Shown: piece by piece, positions 15,009 to 24,685 of the stretch | Layout of the letters: each line of letters opens with the position of its first letter | Position numbering within the stretch: position 1 is the stretch's first letter | Source of the DNA: Candidatus Saccharimonas aalborgensis | GTDB lineage: Bacteria > Patescibacteriota > Saccharimonadia > Saccharimonadales > Saccharimonadaceae | Direction: 5' to 3' | Length of the DNA stretch: 32,000 nucleotides | NCBI RefSeq assembly: GCF_000392435.1 | Contig: NC_021219.1 | Span: forward strand, 30,001-62,000 | Notes under the pieces: model-generated | Databases searched by the model: none | Told to the model about the DNA's origin: nothing | What the model saw: only the letters and a program-made list of their open reading frames with translations | Program-made: the position numbers and the translations under genes

Positions 15009-17084
15009 CTAGTTGAGCGTCGTCAGTCGCTGGTAGTACCGAACTTGCTCAGAAAGGACGGTATACTTAGCCATATCTTCACCACGGTCGATAAACCGCT
15101 TTACGACATGTTGGGCTCGTGCAATAAGTGTGGTGTCAGCAAGTGTCGCAATTTGCAAATTCAGCGCCCCATGCTGTGCCTTGCCATAGATCTCACCCGG
15201 ACCGCGCAGCTGCATGTCTACCTCGGCAAGATAAAAGCCATCGTTGCTCTTCTCTATCTCGCGCAGCCGCTCGCTCGGCTTGTTTGTGGTGCCCATCATC
15301 AGATAGCAATAGCTCTGGTGGTGACTCCGCCCGACACGGCCACGCAACTGGTGAAGTTGACTGAGTCCAAACTGCTCAGCATTCTCTATCATCATCAGGG
15401 TCGCATTTGGCACATCGACGCCCACCTCGACAACAGTCGTGCTGACTAAAATATCATATTCACCTTGTTTGAACTGCTGCATGATGAGTTCTTTTTCGAT
15501 CGGTGTCATGCGACCATGGAGGAGCGCAATACGTCGATGGCTAAAAATGCTGTTTTTGAGCCGCTTGTACTCCGCCTCGACACTTTTGATGTCGTTATCC
15601 GGATTGTCATCGATCAAACTGCAAATCACATAGAGCTGACGACCCACCGCTATCTCTTTGTCGACGACATCGTAGACACTTTTCGCAGAGACAGGAGAAA
15701 TAATCTTGGTAATAATCGGCAAGCGCCCCTTTGGCTTTTCATTGAGCACCGATATATCGAGTTCGCCATAGACAGTGAGCGCGAGACTACGTGGAATTGG
15801 CGTGGCCGTCATCGCGAGCAGATGCGGCAGATGATGCGCCTTGTCCAGTAAACGTTGACGCTGCTCGACACCAAACCGATGTTGCTCATCAATCACGACA
15901 AAGCCAAGCTTTTGAAATACGACTTTTTCCTGAAACAGCGCATGTGTCCCAATGACCACATCGACATCGCCATTTGCGATCGCCTCGTACAGTGCCGCGC
16001 GCGCCTTGCCCTTAACGCTACCGATAAGTAATGCGACCCGTATGCCAAAAGGGCTCAGCAGCGCATCAAGCGTCTCGGCGTGCTGGCGAGCAAGAATCTC
16101 GGTTGGTGCCATAAGCGCCGTCTGGTACCCGCTACTCGCTGCTTGCCGCGCAGCAAGGCCAGCCACGACTGTTTTGCCACTGCCGACGTCACCCTGGAGC
16201 AAGCGATTCATAGGCGTTGCACGCTCAAAGTCCTGCAAAATATCCCAGGCTGCACGACGCTGAGCGCTCGTAAGATCGAATGATAATTGCGCAACAAATT
16301 GTTTGACCACCTCTACTTCAAAAGGGATATGATAGCCGCTTAGTTTTTGATTTTCACGTTTGTTGAGCTGACTAGCGAGCAATAACTCAAACAGCTCCTC
16401 AAACGCCAGCCGCTCACGTGCCGCGGCCACGTCATCAGTATTCTTTGGAAAGTGCATTGTGCTTATCGCTTCCGATCGACTCATGAGCTTTTCATCGCGG
16501 ATAACACTCTCTGGCAAGGTCTCGGGTAACACACTCATAAGTGGTCGCAGCTGCTCCAAGACTTTTCGTACCATCTGGCTCTTGAGGCCACGAACTGAGC
16601 GATACACCGGCAGAAGTCGATCAGCCTGGACCGGCAAATCGGCAGCTTTTTCGGCACTGGGATTGGTAAGTTGGTAGCGTCCTCTCGAGTATTCAAACTC
16701 ACCGCTAAAGTAAAACTCATCGTCGCCCCCCGCCAGTTGCTGGGTACGGTAGGGTTGGTTGAACCAAATAGCGTTCAATTTACTGGTGTCATCAACTAAT
16801 ACCGCTGTAGTCAGCTGCAATCCTCGCCTCACGGGCCGCGTGGAGATTTTTTCACATCGGGCCTTGATGGTGACCTTGCCTGGTTTGAGATCAGCGATCG
16901 TAGTGACGTTGGTGAAATCTTCGTGTTTGCGCGGCAAAAAAAGCAAAATATCACCTACCGTCACCAATCCTGCCCGGGCTAACTGTTCGGCGGTTTTTGG
17001 TCCTACTCCTTTGATCTGATCTAATGTGGTCGCAAGATTCACTTCTCTATCATACACCGCTAGTCGTTGTACGGTGTATCTCAT
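15009..17084 (-). CDS. recG: ATP-dependent DNA helicase RecG
   Basis: GIGPKTAEQLARAGL OB-domain start; NRLLQGDVGSGKTVVA, VVIDEQHRFGVEQR, LLAMTATPIPRSLA, QLHQLRGRVGRSHHQS. Confidence 0.97.
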   Translation of the reverse strand: MRYTVQRLAVYDREVNLATTLDQIKGVGPKTAEQLARAGLVTVGDILLFLPRKHEDFTNVTTIADLKPGKVTIKARCEKISTRPVRRGLQLTTAVLVDDTSKLNAIWFNQPYRTQQLAGGDDEFYFSGEFEYSRGRYQLTNPSAEKAADLPVQADRLLPVYRSVRGLKSQMVRKVLEQLRPLMSVLPETLPESVIRDEKLMSRSEAISTMHFPKNTDDVAAARERLAFEELFELLLASQLNKRENQKLSGYHIPFEVEVVKQFVAQLSFDLTSAQRRAAWDILQDFERATPMNRLLQGDVGSGKTVVAGLAARQAASSGYQTALMAPTEILARQHAETLDALLSPFGIRVALLIGSVKGKARAALYEAIANGDVDVVIGTHALFQEKVVFQKLGFVVIDEQHRFGVEQRQRLLDKAHHLPHLLAMTATPIPRSLALTVYGELDISVLNEKPKGRLPIITKIISPVSAKSVYDVVDKEIAVGRQLYVICSLIDDNPDNDIKSVEAEYKRLKNSIFSHRRIALLHGRMTPIEKELIMQQFKQGEYDILVSTTVVEVGVDVPNATLMMIENAEQFGLSQLHQLRGRVGRSHHQSYCYLMMGTTNKPSERLREIEKSNDGFYLAEVDMQLRGPGEIYGKAQHGALNLQIATLADTTLIARAQHVVKRFIDRGEDMAKYTVLSEQVRYYQRLTTLN

Positions 17085-17230
17085 ACAAAGAGTGCGTAGC
17101 TATCACTAGGTTATCTCCTGTCAGGTGAGACAATACTGACTAGTTCATCATGAATGATACCATTTGAGACAATCGTGCCCTTGAACGGTGTCGTGGAGGC
17201 TGCGATGAGATACTCGTAATTTATTGTCAA

Positions 17231-18445
17231 CTAGCCCCTAACAAGGACAAAACTATTTTTGCCTTTTTTGACTAAAGATATATCTGTTATTTCGCAGTTT
17301 TCGGTTATTTTTTGACCATTTATCATCACACTGCCCGCCGCAATCAGACGCTTTGCTTCGCCGTTGCTCTCACATACACCCGCGCTCACAAGCACCGAGA
17401 TCAGTGACTGATAGCCAACGACTGGTATCTCGGCTGCCAAGGCGGTAATATCGTCATCTGTTAAGTCACCGAATTGGCGTCCATTGAACAACACGTCTGT
17501 TACACGCTCAACTGACTCGCGGCGCTCCCGCCCGTGCACTAGATCGGTTACTTCACGCGCCAAGGTTTTTTGGAGGGCTCGTTCGCCAGGATTGACTTGG
17601 TGATTGGTAATTAAGGCACCTACGGTATCGCGATCAAGCAGTGTGTAGACTTTCACCAGATCTTCACTGGTCTCATCGTCGCAGTTGAGCCAAAATTGAT
17701 AGAACTTGTAGGGGCTTGTTTTTGCTGGATCCAGCCAAACCGCTCCTCCTTCACTCTTACCAAACTTTACCCCTGTCTGCTTGTTGATGATGAGTGGTGT
17801 CGAAAATACATGTGCTTCGCCCCCAGCAATCCGTCGAATCAACTGCGTGCCGGCGATCATATTGCCCCACTGATCGCTACCGCCAAGCTGTAGCGAGGCG
17901 CCCTTTTCTCGATAAAGATGGAGAAAATCAAAGCCCTGAATGAGTGAATAACTAAACTCTGCATAGCTTATTCCAGCTCCCCCTTCACCGACACGCGCCT
18001 GGACAAAGTCGCGATCAAGCATCTGAGTTAATGGAGCGTGTTTGCCGATATCGCGCAAGAAGTCAAGGTAGTTGTAGTCTTTGAACCAATCATAATTATC
18101 AACAATCTCAAAGTTTTTGCCCGCAAAAATACGTTTGTACTGCTCAGAAATTGCTGCCTTATTGGCAGAAATTTGCTCGAGTGTCAGTAGATCACGTTCC
18201 TGTTTCTTGCCATCTGGATCGCCAATCATACCAGTGGCACCGCCAATCAACAAAATAGGTGTGTATCCGTGCTCGATGAATTGCCGCACGAGCATCGCAG
18301 CGGCGAGGTTGCCAATCGTCATACTGTCAGCGCTGGGATCTACGCCCCAATAAAAGGTGCGCGTTGTTTCATCTAAATCAGTGATGTCGGCAAATGTCAT
18401 TTGATTGACAAAGCCTCGCCATGACAACTCTTCGGATAATGTCAT
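17231..18445 (-). CDS. tyrS: Tyrosyl-tRNA synthetase
   Basis: FYWGVDPSADSMTIGNL, QLGGSDQWGNM, KFGKSEGGAVWLDPAKTSPYKFYQFW. Confidence 0.97.
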   Translation of the reverse strand: MTLSEELSWRGFVNQMTFADITDLDETTRTFYWGVDPSADSMTIGNLAAAMLVRQFIEHGYTPILLIGGATGMIGDPDGKKQERDLLTLEQISANKAAISEQYKRIFAGKNFEIVDNYDWFKDYNYLDFLRDIGKHAPLTQMLDRDFVQARVGEGGAGISYAEFSYSLIQGFDFLHLYREKGASLQLGGSDQWGNMIAGTQLIRRIAGGEAHVFSTPLIINKQTGVKFGKSEGGAVWLDPAKTSPYKFYQFWLNCDDETSEDLVKVYTLLDRDTVGALITNHQVNPGERALQKTLAREVTDLVHGRERRESVERVTDVLFNGRQFGDLTDDDITALAAEIPVVGYQSLISVLVSAGVCESNGEAKRLIAAGSVMINGQKITENCEITDISLVKKGKNSFVLVRG

Positions 18446-18561
18446 GTCAGCGCTCCTTTCTCTTTAGTTTACCGGTCAATAGTAGCACAAAAAACCATTC
18501 CCCGCACGTCTCAAATGGTGCTATAATGGGGTCAATATGCTTATGGGAAGGTACTATTATT

Positions 18562-21222
18562 GTGGCAGGTAGAAAATCCTCTACGCGCAAAGTAAGTGTG
18601 TACTCAAATCTCGCATCGAGGCGGAGGTCTAAAAAAGATGTCAAGTCGAGGCAAAAAGCAGAGTACCTCGCTAGTCTCCCCAAGCACCCCGTGAAACGTA
18701 TACTGTACCGACTCCACCCGAAGCGAGTCTATCAGTATTGGTTTAGCAAAAAAGGACTATTTATGGCGGCAAAGATTGTCGGCGTTACGGTTCTTCTCTT
18801 TGTGCTACTGATCCTCGGATTATTCGCCTACTACCGCAAGGACCTTGACGCAATACGACCCGGCGAACTTGACAAACGAGTGCAGTCAACGGTTATTAAG
18901 TACTACGACCGCAATGGTGCACTTCTCTGGGAAGATAAGGGCGCGGGCGATTATCGACTGGTGGTTACAAGTGACAACATCAATACCTATATGAAGCAAG
19001 CAACCGTTGCAATCGAGGACAAAGATTTCTATAGTCATCCCGGTATTAGCTTTTCGGGTATTCTCCGCGCATTTCTAAACAATAGTCAAGGGAATGCTAC
19101 TCAAGGCGGATCTACACTTACGCAACAACTCGTAAAGCAAGTATTCTTCCCGCCTGACGAAGCGCAGCAGCGAGGTGTTGCCGGCATCCCGCGCAAGATC
19201 AAGGAAATGATTTTGTCGGTCGAGGTTGAGCGCATGTACAACAAAGACCAGATTTTGACTCTCTATCTCAATGAGTCGCCCTACGGTGGTCGACGCAACG
19301 GAGTGGAATCTGCCGCGCAAACCTATTTCCATAAGTCAGCCAAGGATTTGACGCTTGCCGAGTCAGCGCTACTGGCCGCTATTCCCAATAACCCCTCTGT
19401 CTATAATCCGTATGATGTCACGGGTCACGTTGCACTTATCGAGCGGCAGCACAAAGTCCTTGATAGCATGGCAGACATGAAATATATATCGAGGGAACAA
19501 GCAGAGGAAGCCAAGAAAGTCGCTGTACTCGATACGCTTCAACCACTTGCCGACCAATTAGCTGGGATCAAAGCACCCCACTTTGTTCTGATGGTCAAAG
19601 CGCAACTCGAAAAAGAACTTGGTAAAGCAACTGTCGGACAGGGCGGCTTAACCGTTGTCACTACACTTGATCTCACCGCACAAAGCAAACTAGAAGCAAA
19701 TATGACAGCGATGTTTGATGGCACGCTGACAGATCGAAACTGTAGCTATGTGTCATGTCCAAGTTACGCAGGGTTTACCAATGGTGCTGCCGCAATAGAA
19801 GACGTTGAGACCGGCCAGTTGATTGCGCTGGTTGGTAGTAGAGATTACGGCTATCCTGGGTTTGGGCAAGACAATGCGGCCACGGCGTTTATCCAGCCTG
19901 GTTCAACAATCAAGCCGTTTGTGTATGCACAGTTATTTCAAAAACAAGCTGACGGCAAACCAAACTTTGGCAGCGGATCAATTCTCTCAGATACGTCAAC
20001 CACGTTTCCCGGGAATTATAAGCCACAAAATGCAGATGGCAAATTTCAGGGAAACATAAATATACGCCAAAGTCTCGACAGATCACGCAATATCCCCGCC
20101 ATCAAAGCAATGGTGATCGCTGGCAAAGACGAAACGTGGGCAACAATCCGAGCCATGGGAGATGTTGACTATTGTACCCAGGGGCCAGACCAAGATGCAG
20201 GACTCTCGTCAGCAATAGGTGGTTGCGGGACGCGCCTTACCGATCATACCAACGCTATCGCTTCATTCGCGCGCATGGGTGTGTATATGCCACAGACAAC
20301 AATACTAAAGGTAACAAATAGCACTGGCGAAGTGATCAAACAGTATAAGTCTGAGACAAAACAAGTGATCGACCCACAAGCAGCATACATCGTTAATGAC
20401 ATATTGGGTGATAGCAATGCCAGAGCTGGTCTCGGCTGGAACCAAGACTACTTAGTTCGACTCAACAAAGCAGGTATAAAGGCAGCGGCAAAAACCGGTA
20501 CGAGCAATGGTCAGATTGGCTCAAAGATCGTGCCTAAAGATATATGGACAGTTGGCTACACTCCCCACCTCTCTATGTCGGTATGGCTCGGAAACCCTGA
20601 TACCACGCCGCTCAGGCAAGGAAATTCTCTCATTCCAGCCATGATTTATGATAAAACGATGATGGAGGTGTCCCAATACTACATCGATAGCGGCAAAGCC
20701 AAAGGAAGCGACTGGTTTACGGCACCGTCAGGTATCCAGCGCGTTGGCAACGAAGTGTACCCCTCGTACTGGAACAAATCAAGCGGTATTACCAATACAA
20801 AAGCTACCTTTGACCGCGTCTCCAAAAAGAAAGCCACCGACTGCACACCGACTGCTGCAAAAATTGAGCTGAGCGTAAGTAAAATTACTGACCCCTACAC
20901 CAAAAAGGATATCATCAGCGCACCTGATGGCTATGATGGTTCGGCAGATGACGATATTCACTCCTGCTCTGATCCAAAACCGTATGTGACTCTCTCGACT
21001 TCTGGAAATACAGCTATGATGAGCTTTGGCACCTCAAGCAGCTCAACGTTCCAGCCAATGACAATTGAGCTTCGATCTCCGAGCGGTGTTATCGCAACTA
21101 AGCAAGTAACAAGTAACGACTCGTGGGGAGTTGATCTCACTGGCGTACCCCACGGAACTCAGTTGACGGCCACTGTCACCGATACGGGTTATTATACGGA
21201 CTCGGCAACAACAACTTATTAG
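18562..21222 (+). CDS. Class A penicillin-binding protein (transglycosylase/transpeptidase)
   Basis: AIEDKDFYSHPGISFSGILRA, GGSTLTQQLVK, KEMILSVEVERMYNKDQILTLYLNESPYG; transpeptidase SRNIPAIKAM, KTGTSN. Start chosen at GTG 18562 (RBS-like GGGAAGG). Exact start uncertain. Confidence 0.93.
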   Translation: MAGRKSSTRKVSVYSNLASRRRSKKDVKSRQKAEYLASLPKHPVKRILYRLHPKRVYQYWFSKKGLFMAAKIVGVTVLLFVLLILGLFAYYRKDLDAIRPGELDKRVQSTVIKYYDRNGALLWEDKGAGDYRLVVTSDNINTYMKQATVAIEDKDFYSHPGISFSGILRAFLNNSQGNATQGGSTLTQQLVKQVFFPPDEAQQRGVAGIPRKIKEMILSVEVERMYNKDQILTLYLNESPYGGRRNGVESAAQTYFHKSAKDLTLAESALLAAIPNNPSVYNPYDVTGHVALIERQHKVLDSMADMKYISREQAEEAKKVAVLDTLQPLADQLAGIKAPHFVLMVKAQLEKELGKATVGQGGLTVVTTLDLTAQSKLEANMTAMFDGTLTDRNCSYVSCPSYAGFTNGAAAIEDVETGQLIALVGSRDYGYPGFGQDNAATAFIQPGSTIKPFVYAQLFQKQADGKPNFGSGSILSDTSTTFPGNYKPQNADGKFQGNINIRQSLDRSRNIPAIKAMVIAGKDETWATIRAMGDVDYCTQGPDQDAGLSSAIGGCGTRLTDHTNAIASFARMGVYMPQTTILKVTNSTGEVIKQYKSETKQVIDPQAAYIVNDILGDSNARAGLGWNQDYLVRLNKAGIKAAAKTGTSNGQIGSKIVPKDIWTVGYTPHLSMSVWLGNPDTTPLRQGNSLIPAMIYDKTMMEVSQYYIDSGKAKGSDWFTAPSGIQRVGNEVYPSYWNKSSGITNTKATFDRVSKKKATDCTPTAAKIELSVSKITDPYTKKDIISAPDGYDGSADDDIHSCSDPKPYVTLSTSGNTAMMSFGTSSSSTFQPMTIELRSPSGVIATKQVTSNDSWGVDLTGVPHGTQLTATVTDTGYYTDSATTTY

Positions 21223-21246
21223 ATAATAGCTTACCCGAATCTAAAC

Positions 21247-21343
21247 CCCTCCCCCGACAGACAGTTGGCCCTGATGGGCCAAGGCCCGCCAAGGCCAAGG
21301 CTAATCACTTAGCGGCGGGCCGGTTGTCTGGAGTGGGGAGGAG
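21247..21343 (+). repeat. Structured intergenic repeat, copy 1
   Basis: Sub-hairpins TTGGCCC-TGAT-GGGCCAA (21265-21282), GGCCCGCC (21283-21290)/GGCGGGCC (21314-21321), GCTAA-TCAC-TTAGC (21300-21313). 40-bp and 32-bp blocks identical to the 30.25-kb copy. Confidence 0.8.
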
Positions 21344-21360
21344 TTTGAGATTCAGATCTA

Positions 21361-22284
21361 TCAAGGTTGTTTTTCGACTAAGTCGATGAGTGCACTCTCT
21401 CTATCCTGACGACGAGGAGATGACAATGAACGAGATAATTTTTGACGTGGCACAAATGGGCGTTGATCACGGTCATTCTTGCCAATCTTTTTTGGTGATA
21501 CAGATTCCTTCTGTGAGATGATCTTATGCGATGAGTCTTGGGTACGAGATCGCTGGGGACGACTCTGTGTCGGTTTAGCGATTGATTTATCTGATGCACG
21601 GCGAGCAAACATCATTTTGCCAGCGGCGGTCTGGAGGCTTCGAATCACTTCGACACTGACAGTTTGACCGATGAGATTGCTCGCCTGTTCAACGACGACC
21701 ATTGTCCCATCTGCTAGATAGCCGACACCCTGGTGGCTATCCTGACCTTTCTGTACAAGTTCTACCATCATATGCTCGCCAGGCAAGTAAGCCATACGTA
21801 AACTCTGCGCGAGCTCATTGATATTGAGGACAGGAATGCCCTCAACGGCGGCAACTTTATTCAGATTGTAATCGATAGTACAGATGACAGCGGTGTATTG
21901 TTTTGCAAGTGAGAGCAGTCTTTCGTCTACCCCTTCTTGGGCCTTGCTGCCGTCCTGGAGTACTTCAACGGTCACCATCGGCATTGCCTGTAGCTCAGTA
22001 ATGACGTCAAGTCCACGACGCGCCCTGGCACGCTTGTCGGCATCGGCATTATCCGCGAGAAACTGTAGCTCACCGACCACACTACGCGGAATCACTAGTG
22101 CGCCCCCCATGAATCCGGTTGATGCAATTGAGGTAATCCGCCCATCCATGAGGACCGAGGTATCGATCAATATTGGTCGTTCTTTTGATTTTATCGATGT
22201 TTTTGGCAATCTTGCCAAAAGATACGTTACTTCGCCGAGAATAAGAAGCGTGACAGCGAGTAACGCGATGTCTTTTGTTTCCAT
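21361..22284 (-). CDS. PIN/TRAM-domain integral membrane ribonuclease-like protein (YacL/PilT N-terminal)
   Basis: RPILIDTSVLMDGRITSIASTGF, VPRSVVGELQFLAD, ARRGLD, TIDYNLNKVAAVEGIPVLNINELA, TRAM tail. Confidence 0.9.
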   Translation of the reverse strand: METKDIALLAVTLLILGEVTYLLARLPKTSIKSKERPILIDTSVLMDGRITSIASTGFMGGALVIPRSVVGELQFLADNADADKRARARRGLDVITELQAMPMVTVEVLQDGSKAQEGVDERLLSLAKQYTAVICTIDYNLNKVAAVEGIPVLNINELAQSLRMAYLPGEHMMVELVQKGQDSHQGVGYLADGTMVVVEQASNLIGQTVSVEVIRSLQTAAGKMMFARRASDKSIAKPTQSRPQRSRTQDSSHKIISQKESVSPKKIGKNDRDQRPFVPRQKLSRSLSSPRRQDRESALIDLVEKQP

Positions 22285-22319
22285 AATAATAATATCCTTT
22301 CGTTATACGAATTCGCTCA

Positions 22320-23678
22320 CTATTTCAGATAGTCTACGAGCGCGTGGCGTAAATCTTGTACGCCGTTAATAAATGAATTCTTTTTGCTTGGAACAGGGGC
22401 AATTGCATGCGTGAATCCAAGCTTTTTTGCTTCGGCAATCCGCTTGTCTGACAAACTAGCGCTACGGATCTCCCCGCCCAGTCCCACTTCGCCAAACACA
22501 ACTAGCTCATCATCAAGTCGTCTGCCGGCAGCAGCACTCGCAATTGCCATTGCCACCGCGAGATCGGCAGCAGGATCAGCAAGTTTAAGACCTCCCACAA
22601 CGTTGATATAGATGTCTTTGTCCGATAAGTTCAGTTTGGTGCGGCGCTCAAGTACCGCGATCAAAAGATTGAGCCTATTGAGATCAAATCCGCTTGCTGT
22701 TCTCTTAGGATACCCGAAGCTTGTCGAATTGACAAGCGCCTGAATCTCTACCAAAATTGGTCTATTACCCTCAAGTGTGGCGAGGACGACCGATCCATCG
22801 GCATTTTGCCGTTCAGCAAGGAGAGCCGCGGAGGGGTTCTTGACTACTGTCAGACCCGTTTCTGTCATTTCAAAAATCGCTGCCTCACTCGTCGATCCAT
22901 AGCGGTTTTTGATCGCTCGTACTACCTTGAAGCCACCGTATCGATCTCCTTCGAACTGCAATACCACATCGACGAGGTGCTCTAAGACCTTTGGTCCGGC
23001 GATCGATCCCTCTTTTGTCACGTGCCCTACTAGTATGACGGCCGCTCCCGACTCTTTGGCCGCCCGAATGATGACATTTGCAGAGTTGGTGATCTGACTG
23101 ACCGTGCCAGGTGCGCTGGTTATCTCTGCGAGGCTCAAAGTCTGGACGCTATCGATGATGACCAACCGATATGCACCAGTCCGGATGGTCGCTGCGATAT
23201 CATCAGCACTGGTACTGGCAATAAAATGTAGGTCGTCACCTGACTCAGCGCCAAGTCGAGTTGCCCTCAGCTTGACCTGCCCAGCCGATTCTTCGCCGCT
23301 TGCATAGAGGACGGGCAGCGTCGCCGAGATGTGCGAGGCGATCTGAAGCAGCAATGTCGATTTACCAATTCCTGGTTGACCAGCGAGCAATACTACACCT
23401 CCTGGCAATACACCGCCGCCCAGTACACTATCGAGGTCGGCGATCCCCGTCCCAAAGCGTGTGATTGACTCCTTGGTGCTGATGGTACGCATCGTCTGAG
23501 GGGTCAGCGGCCTCCCAGTCTTTGCGCTCCTAGCTACTGCTGAGCTACCTTCGGAGGTTGCTGTCTGTTCGACAAGTGAGTTCCATTCGCCGCACTGTTC
23601 GCATTTACCAGTCCACTTCGGAAAAACTGCCCCACACTGCTGACACACAAATTGCGTACGAGTTTTTGCCATTATCAT
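22320..23678 (-). CDS. radA: DNA repair protein RadA/Sms
   Basis: FVCQQCGAVFPKWTGKCEQCGEWNSL zinc finger; GGVVLLAGQPGIGKSTLLLQ; KNRYGS; Lon-like C-terminal domain. Confidence 0.96.
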   Translation of the reverse strand: MIMAKTRTQFVCQQCGAVFPKWTGKCEQCGEWNSLVEQTATSEGSSAVARSAKTGRPLTPQTMRTISTKESITRFGTGIADLDSVLGGGVLPGGVVLLAGQPGIGKSTLLLQIASHISATLPVLYASGEESAGQVKLRATRLGAESGDDLHFIASTSADDIAATIRTGAYRLVIIDSVQTLSLAEITSAPGTVSQITNSANVIIRAAKESGAAVILVGHVTKEGSIAGPKVLEHLVDVVLQFEGDRYGGFKVVRAIKNRYGSTSEAAIFEMTETGLTVVKNPSAALLAERQNADGSVVLATLEGNRPILVEIQALVNSTSFGYPKRTASGFDLNRLNLLIAVLERRTKLNLSDKDIYINVVGGLKLADPAADLAVAMAIASAAAGRRLDDELVVFGEVGLGGEIRSASLSDKRIAEAKKLGFTHAIAPVPSKKNSFINGVQDLRHALVDYLK

Positions 23679-24685
23679 ACCCCCGATGCGGGAGTAGTGA
23701 TGCCGTTCATACTCTTGTTGAGTTCGCCCACTTTGACCGAAAGGGCGTTAAGCTTTGCAACAGTTTGGTTGTAAGCAGCTATTCGTTCATTAATGGTGAG
23801 TCGTCGTGCATTGAGTGCGCTAGTACGTGCCAGGAGAGCATTGCGGGCTGCCGTGAGTGCCGACTGAGAAGTGAAACCTCCATTTTTTGCTCGCTCGTTG
23901 AACGAATCAATATCGGTTTCTAGCTGGACTCGATCGACGTCATAGGTCGCAAGATCAGACTTAAGTGCATCTTTTTCGGTTTCGATTTGTGCCGAAAGTG
24001 CCTTTGATTGACTCTCTACTTCTTTGAACACAGCAGTATATTTGGCATTGAGTGCGACGATGCTACTTCGGTCGGTAAAGTAACGTTTATAGTACGCTTC
24101 AAGTTCTGGAGACACTGATGAGATAGTGGTGCCGATGATAGAGTGAAGCTCGTTGATATCCGACCCTGGCTCAGCCTTATTGTAATACGCCATAAGTGAC
24201 TTAATCTCGGGGTCATCTTTTATTTTTTCGTATTGCTCTTGGATCATCCTGTCCACAGACATCCGATCAAAATAATTGAGACGATCGTAGGCAGCATGAA
24301 GCATTTCGTGGGCGGCTGCCACTTCGACTGCGCCGTCAAGATCCTTGTTGGTCACGTTATAGAGATAAATATGACGCTTGAAATAACAGCCGAGCATAGC
24401 GGTCGTACGCTCAGTCGATTCACAACTCGTATTGAATTGATCTTGGCTTTGAATGGTGGGAACACTGGCATAAAACAGATTTGTCCCTTGATCTGTCAGC
24501 TTCAAGCGGCTATTGATCGCAGCTATTTGGGCGTTCGGCTGAAATTGTCTCGCAAGAATCGCATCATACAAACTCGGCCAATAAAAGATGTAGAGCAAGG
24601 CGAAGACAATGACAAGCAACGCCGAAACGAGCGCTCGTAATGCCATGTGACGTTTGACAGACTGATTATTCGGTTCGTTGTTCAA
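23675..24685 (-). CDS. Membrane-anchored protein with HExxH-type motif and C-terminal coiled coil
   Basis: One TM (ALVSALLVIVFALLYIFYW), VAAAHEMLHAAYDRLN, long heptad-rich C-terminus; overlaps radA start. Confidence 0.75.
   Translation of the reverse strand: MNNEPNNQSVKRHMALRALVSALLVIVFALLYIFYWPSLYDAILARQFQPNAQIAAINSRLKLTDQGTNLFYASVPTIQSQDQFNTSCESTERTTAMLGCYFKRHIYLYNVTNKDLDGAVEVAAAHEMLHAAYDRLNYFDRMSVDRMIQEQYEKIKDDPEIKSLMAYYNKAEPGSDINELHSIIGTTISSVSPELEAYYKRYFTDRSSIVALNAKYTAVFKEVESQSKALSAQIETEKDALKSDLATYDVDRVQLETDIDSFNERAKNGGFTSQSALTAARNALLARTSALNARRLTINERIAAYNQTVAKLNALSVKVGELNKSMNGITTPASGV

Noticed and set aside
19369-19724. Minus-strand ORFs inside the PBP gene
   Set aside because: Antisense to highly conserved transglycosylase/transpeptidase sequence.
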